Assembly: GCA_038230515.1 (NCBI GenBank)
Contig: JBBRND010000022.1
Coordinates: 7,609 to 71,608, forward strand
From: Bacteroidia bacterium
GTDB taxonomy: Bacteria; Bacteroidota; Bacteroidia; AKYH767-A; 2013-40CM-41-45
DNA length: 64,000 bases
Direction of reading: 5' to 3'
How positions within the stretch are numbered: position 1 is the stretch's first letter; the number at the start of each line of letters is the position of its first letter. The notes beneath the pieces are model-generated. The model did no database searches, was not told the DNA's origin, and worked only from the letters and a program-made list of their open reading frames with translations. The position numbers and the translations under genes are program-made. Of this stretch, positions 59,405-64,000 are shown piece after piece.

Positions 59405-59914
59405 ATGTATTCCCCGCTTCAACAGTTAAAGAAAAATTCCAAGCGCAGAAAAGAATTGAAAAAATTTCTTCGTGGATTCGAACGGAGAAAAATTCGTGGT
59501 GCTGATTCAATGGCTCAGAAGCTGAATACTGAAGCGTTCAAAAAAATTGATTGTCTGAAGTGCGCTAACTGCTGCAAAACAATGGCTCCTACTTTTAAGA
59601 AAACAGAAGTGGCACGCATTGCAGAGCATTTAGGAATGAGGTATAAAGAATATTTCAAAAAATATCTGAAGATTGACAAAGAAGGAGACATCATGAATGT
59701 AAATACACCATGTCAACACCTGGGCAAGGACAACATGTGTTCAATTTATGAAATCCGTCCGTCTGATTGCAGTGGTTTTCCACACACACACAAGCGCGAC
59801 TTCACAGCGTTCATTCCTGAAACGCACATTCAGAATGTGGACTACTGCCCCGCTACTTATTTCATCGTAGAAAAAATGTTTGAGAAGATTGTAGAGAAGA
59901 AAACGATTAGCTGA
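59405..59914 (+). CDS. YkgJ-family Cys-cluster protein (UPF0153)
   Basis: CLKCANCC ... CQHLGKDNMCSIYEIRPSDCSGFP. Confidence 0.7.
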   Translation: MYSPLQQLKKNSKRRKELKKFLRGFERRKIRGADSMAQKLNTEAFKKIDCLKCANCCKTMAPTFKKTEVARIAEHLGMRYKEYFKKYLKIDKEGDIMNVNTPCQHLGKDNMCSIYEIRPSDCSGFPHTHKRDFTAFIPETHIQNVDYCPATYFIVEKMFEKIVEKKTIS

Positions 59915-61172
59915 GAAAAAGCTGATCGTTGTTTACCACTGCTTTTATTTTTCCGAAAAGCTTCATTCCTGTAAACGGATTATTCTTCGACTTCGACTGA
60001 ATATCATTTTCTGAAACTGTCCATTCATCTTTCAGATTAATCAAAGTTAGATTTGCTTTTTCTCCTTCGGAAATTTTTAAAACCGGAAGTGAAACAATTT
60101 TTCTTGGAGCACAAGAAACCTTTTCAATGATCTGTTCACTGCTAATTAAATCTTTCAGCGCAGTATAAGCCACAGCGAAAGCGGTTTCTAAACCTTCAGC
60201 ACCGAATGCAGCGAGGTCAAATTCTTTTTGTTTATTCTCAATATCTTCAGGAGAATGATCGGAGCATATGGCATCAATCGTTCCGTCCTTTAGTCCCTCC
60301 TTCAATGCAGCAATGTCATCTGCAGAGCGAAGTGGTGGTTTTATTTTGAAGCGTGTATCGAATTCTTCGAGATGAGAATCATCAAGAAGTAAATGATGTG
60401 CAGCAACATCGCATGTTACCTTCATTCCTTTTGCCTTTGCCTTTCTGATAAGATCAACTGAACCTTTGGAAGAAATAGTTGAGAAGTGAATTCCGGTTTC
60501 AGTGTATTCGCAGAGCATAAGATCGCGGGCAATCATTAATTCCTCCGCAAGAGCAGGCATTCCCTTCAAACCGAGGCGCGTGCTTATCGCACTTTCGTTC
60601 ATCTGCCCTTTTTCCGAAAGAAATTTATCATTCGGAAAACTCATGATGAGTCCCCTGAAAGTTTTTGCATAAAGAAGAGCGCGCATCATCAATCCTGTAT
60701 CCTGAACAGCTTTTTTGTCGTCAGTGAAACAACGAGCACCGTTTGAATACATGTCGAACATCTCTGCCATATCATTTCCTTCGAGATCAACGGAGAGTGC
60801 ACCTGCAACTTCAACACTTACCAATTCATCTTTCGTTTTATTCCTGATAAGTTCAATCTCCGATTTGCTTTGAATAACAGGAAAAGTAGAAGGCATTTGA
60901 AGCACTCCTGTAAAACCTCCTGCCATGGCAGCTTTACAGCCGCTCTTTAAATCTTCTTTGTATTCAAAACCCGGCTCTCGAAAGTTTACATGCAGATCAA
61001 AAAAGCCCGGAGAAAGACAACAATTCTTCCCATCAATTTCTTTTTCCGCGGAAGAAGAAATTTTCTCTGAAACGGTTTTGATAACTCCGTTTTCAATCAG
61101 CACATCACAAACTTTTTTATTGTGTGATGATTGCGAGTCAGTAATTGTTGCCTGCCTGATGATGAGTTTCAT
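59907..61172 (-). CDS. pyrC: dihydroorotase
   Basis: DLHVNFREPG metal-binding HxH-equivalent. Length 421 aa. Amidohydrolase pattern. Confidence 0.8.
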   Translation of the reverse strand: MKLIIRQATITDSQSSHNKKVCDVLIENGVIKTVSEKISSSAEKEIDGKNCCLSPGFFDLHVNFREPGFEYKEDLKSGCKAAMAGGFTGVLQMPSTFPVIQSKSEIELIRNKTKDELVSVEVAGALSVDLEGNDMAEMFDMYSNGARCFTDDKKAVQDTGLMMRALLYAKTFRGLIMSFPNDKFLSEKGQMNESAISTRLGLKGMPALAEELMIARDLMLCEYTETGIHFSTISSKGSVDLIRKAKAKGMKVTCDVAAHHLLLDDSHLEEFDTRFKIKPPLRSADDIAALKEGLKDGTIDAICSDHSPEDIENKQKEFDLAAFGAEGLETAFAVAYTALKDLISSEQIIEKVSCAPRKIVSLPVLKISEGEKANLTLINLKDEWTVSENDIQSKSKNNPFTGMKLFGKIKAVVNNDQLFLS

Positions 61173-61180
61173 GGTCTTAA

Positions 61181-63301
61181 TCAGTTAGTCGTTATTGGTT
61201 TGGAAGATCTCATAAATCGTATCAGCAAAACTTCACATGCAAGAAAGAACAAGGCAAGCCATACGCAATATTTCCAGAGCCGGGTTCCTTCGTTCAGTTG
61301 TGTAACAGAATGAGTAAGTTCTTTAGTGCCATCAAGAAAATTCAATGTATGCAAGCCGGATTTTTCTGCAAGCGCTTTTAATTCGTCAGTTGTATAACAG
61401 GCAAGGTCACTTTCTCTCCTGTCAAAATTGAAAGAAAGAGCTGAAACAATTTTGCCTCCCGATTCAAGAGAATAATTCCCCGCTGCCTTCACCTGGTCGT
61501 GAAAAGCGATAGACGGTCTGTTATTCACTGCACGTGTTTCCGGAATTACATCAAACTTTTGTTCAGCATTGAGAAGATGCATTACATTTTCTCCTGCGAG
61601 TTGTGCACCAGGAATTTCAATCTCAGTGTTCGCACCGATTACCTGCGGAAGTTGAAAAGAGTTGAAGCCACTCATTGCCGACTTCAACACAACAGGAACA
61701 AACAATGCATGTTTCGGAAAGTTGGAACTCGATTCATCCAAAGGCGAAGCGCATGAGTAAAGTTTTCCTTTTCCCACTGCAGTTAGCGAGAGAAACGAAT
61801 TCCCGCTTTGAAGTTTCATCAATACTTCTGTAATTGATCTCGTTGCCCGATCTGAATGATAATATTTTTTTACAACCGGCAGATCAAGATTCTCTGTCTG
61901 ATTCTTTTTCTCAAATACATCCGCAAACACAGGGCTTTTCCTTTCGATGAAATAAACTTTATCGTCTGCTTCAACTAATTGAGAATAGGAATCAGCATTT
62001 ACAGCTTGAAAAAAGTTTTGATATGATCCCGCGTTAATTTCAGAAGAAGGAAAAACTAACACTGCTCCGCCTTGTTCCAAATATTTTTTCAGTTCCTGCT
62101 CAAGCCCTGAAGAAATTTCTTTGAGATTATTCAGCACAATTAAATTATCAGAAGCAAAAGAAGAATAATCAATTTGATTTACGGGAGAGTTCTTCAACTG
62201 AAAGTAAGAATCACTTTTAAAAAGGGCATATACATAAGGCGAAGGCGAACCTTCGTTGATGGCTAAAACAGAAAGATGATCTTTCACTTCGAACGAAAGA
62301 AAATAATTGTCGTCAAACGTAACAGGATAGTCAGTAATGGAAACCGTTGCCTGCTGCCAGCCGGGTTGAGTAATGGAAAAAGAAAGTTTAGCTTCCGCTG
62401 TTGACAGCGCTGCAATGTTCATGCTCGTGAGCGACCGCTGCACTCCGTTGATGAATAGTTTTACAGGAACGTCTTCTGCGTCCTCACCTGAAATATTTTT
62501 GATACGAACGGTTAATTCATTCTGCACGTTGAGTTGAACAAAAGGCGTACTCAACAAACAGGTATCAACAAAAATATTTTTTACTTCTGCTGCCGAAAGT
62601 GGAACGAGTGTAATCTGCAGCGATGAATCATTTTTGAATTGATCAATGTCAACCACTGTTTTCTGAAAATCAGAAACTTCGTAGAGAACAATTTTTGATT
62701 GCTCAGCATCTCCGGTTTTCATTCCATCGTTTTGTCTTGAAACAATTTCGCTCAGATTGTGAACAAAAGAACTTAATTTCACTTCATCCACCATCTGCAA
62801 AAATTCTTCGCGGTTCACGATGCGTTGATGCCGAGCTTCAAAATCGTTTGTGAGTAATTGAAAACGATCGGCAGGTTGGTACGCCAGCGCAATTTCGCGC
62901 GCTTTCTTTTTTGCCGATTCAATCAAGCTGCCGTTTTTTCCAACGGCATCCATACTGAATGAATTGTCAATGTAAACACTTACACTTTTTGTTCCACTCA
63001 CTACGTTTGCCTTATTGGCTGGAATAAACGGCTGTGCAAAGGCAAGCACCAAAAATGCAACTGCAAGAAGCCGTGCAATAAGAATCAATAAATGTTTCAG
63101 GCGGGAACGGGAACGTGTGTCCTGTTTAATCTCTTTGAGAAAGCGGACATTTGTAAAAAATATTTTTTTGAATCTCCTGAAATTGAAAAGATGGATGATA
63201 ACAGGAATGGAAAGGGTTGACAGCGCGAAAAGAAATCCAGGATAAACAAATTGCATATCGGAGCGCGAAAGTACGCTATAATGTTTAAGGTTTGAAGCCA
63301 A
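61181..63301 (-). CDS. BatA-like N-terminal double-TM domain membrane protein (TIGR02226-type), 706 aa
   Basis: N-terminal FVYPGFLFALSTLSIPVIIHLFNFRRFKKIFFTNVRFL...LLAVAFLVLAFAQP. Confidence 0.6.
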   Translation of the reverse strand: MASNLKHYSVLSRSDMQFVYPGFLFALSTLSIPVIIHLFNFRRFKKIFFTNVRFLKEIKQDTRSRSRLKHLLILIARLLAVAFLVLAFAQPFIPANKANVVSGTKSVSVYIDNSFSMDAVGKNGSLIESAKKKAREIALAYQPADRFQLLTNDFEARHQRIVNREEFLQMVDEVKLSSFVHNLSEIVSRQNDGMKTGDAEQSKIVLYEVSDFQKTVVDIDQFKNDSSLQITLVPLSAAEVKNIFVDTCLLSTPFVQLNVQNELTVRIKNISGEDAEDVPVKLFINGVQRSLTSMNIAALSTAEAKLSFSITQPGWQQATVSITDYPVTFDDNYFLSFEVKDHLSVLAINEGSPSPYVYALFKSDSYFQLKNSPVNQIDYSSFASDNLIVLNNLKEISSGLEQELKKYLEQGGAVLVFPSSEINAGSYQNFFQAVNADSYSQLVEADDKVYFIERKSPVFADVFEKKNQTENLDLPVVKKYYHSDRATRSITEVLMKLQSGNSFLSLTAVGKGKLYSCASPLDESSSNFPKHALFVPVVLKSAMSGFNSFQLPQVIGANTEIEIPGAQLAGENVMHLLNAEQKFDVIPETRAVNNRPSIAFHDQVKAAGNYSLESGGKIVSALSFNFDRRESDLACYTTDELKALAEKSGLHTLNFLDGTKELTHSVTQLNEGTRLWKYCVWLALFFLACEVLLIRFMRSSKPITTN

Positions 63302-63372
63302 AAATTAGCCTTCCATATCGTTATTTATTATGGAGAGAGACTTTATTCTTAAACTTTCTTATCTTTGAACTC

Positions 63373-64000
63373 ATGAAAAAGATTGTTCTTCTTACTGATT
63401 TCTGGTTACTTTTTTTTACAGCTTCTTACGGTCAGCTAAACGAATGGACCTGGGTTAATGGAGATAATGCAGGAACATCTTCAGTAATTGGCACACAAGG
63501 TATTTTCGATCCTCTCAATCATCCTATGCCTCAATACGAAAGCAATGGGTGGACAGATAATCAGGGAAACTTCTGGTATCTCACAACACTTGATTCACTA
63601 TGGGAATACAATCCAGTTATTCAACAGTGGGCATTTATCTGGGGAGGAGTAAATCCCTTTCCTGTTTGGGGAATCAAGGGTGTACCTTCAACAACTAACG
63701 AACCAGGATACAGAAGTTTTGGATTTCCGACATGGACAGATGCTGGTGGCGATCTTTGGCTTTTCGGGGGCTATGCAGGCGGCACAACCTACGCTGACTT
63801 GTGGCGTTATAACATTGCAAGTAACATGTGGACATGGTGCGGAGGATCGAATATCGCGAATGATCCAGGAGTGTACGGTACGATGGGAGTTCCTTCAGTA
63901 AATAATTATCCAATGGGACGCTGCGAAACAAATGGCTGTTGGGTGGATAGCGCTACCAATTCATTTTGGCTTTTCGGTGGTGATCGCGCTACTACATATA
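63373..64000 (+). CDS. secreted Kelch/galactose-oxidase-like beta-propeller protein (3' end outside window)
   Basis: Signal peptide MKKIVLLTDFWLLFFTASYGQ. Repeated W..GG...LWL/FGG blade motifs (DLWLFGGYAGG, FWLFGGDRATT). Confidence 0.5.
   Translation, partial: MKKIVLLTDFWLLFFTASYGQLNEWTWVNGDNAGTSSVIGTQGIFDPLNHPMPQYESNGWTDNQGNFWYLTTLDSLWEYNPVIQQWAFIWGGVNPFPVWGIKGVPSTTNEPGYRSFGFPTWTDAGGDLWLFGGYAGGTTYADLWRYNIASNMWTWCGGSNIANDPGVYGTMGVPSVNNYPMGRCETNGCWVDSATNSFWLFGGDRATTY

Noticed and set aside
1-64000. Mobile element, prophage or defence island
   Set aside because: No integrase, transposase, phage structural genes or restriction/Cas/abortive-infection genes are recognisable. The repeats found are short and non-autonomous.

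Overview
This is a 64-kb chromosomal window from a Bacteroidota-type genome, roughly 42-45% GC. I call it Bacteroidota because it carries several T9SS C-terminal-sorting-domain cargo proteins and the family-typical DUF4199, DUF5686, BatA-like and DUF3570/DUF4266 proteins. The backbone is housekeeping: sucC (3' end), ettA, hisS, an MIO-type histidine ammonia-lyase, aroE, dapD, tsaC/YrdC (two paralogs), cca, miaA, truA, kdsC, a lolD-like ABC ATPase, nnr, fsa/tal, pyrC, a transketolase C-terminal subunit and an ECF sigma/anti-sigma pair. Among these sit accessory surface-protein genes: an S8 peptidase, two CotH-kinase-family proteins (one a 1792-aa LTD-CotH-LTD-repeat giant) and a roughly 9x 48-aa repeat protein, all with T9SS sorting tails. 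I found no rRNA, tRNA, CRISPR, transposase or integrase. The features most worth follow-up are: (1) a tightly coupled, uncharacterised periplasmic/outer-membrane cluster, thioredoxin-like -> ApbE FMN transferase -> DUF4266 lipoprotein -> DUF3570 beta-barrel; (2) three separate intergenic tandem-repeat arrays with 21/42-bp periodicity and palindromic cores, each lying upstream of a minus-strand gene; (3) a 1.6-kb gene-free region at 38305-39900 containing a short degenerate motif repeated at least six times that leaves both strands open, paired CTGACAGG hairpins and an orphan perfect-palindrome terminator; (4) two genes whose only plausible starts are near-cognate AUC/AUA codons; and (5) several candidate structured or repeated non-coding elements.
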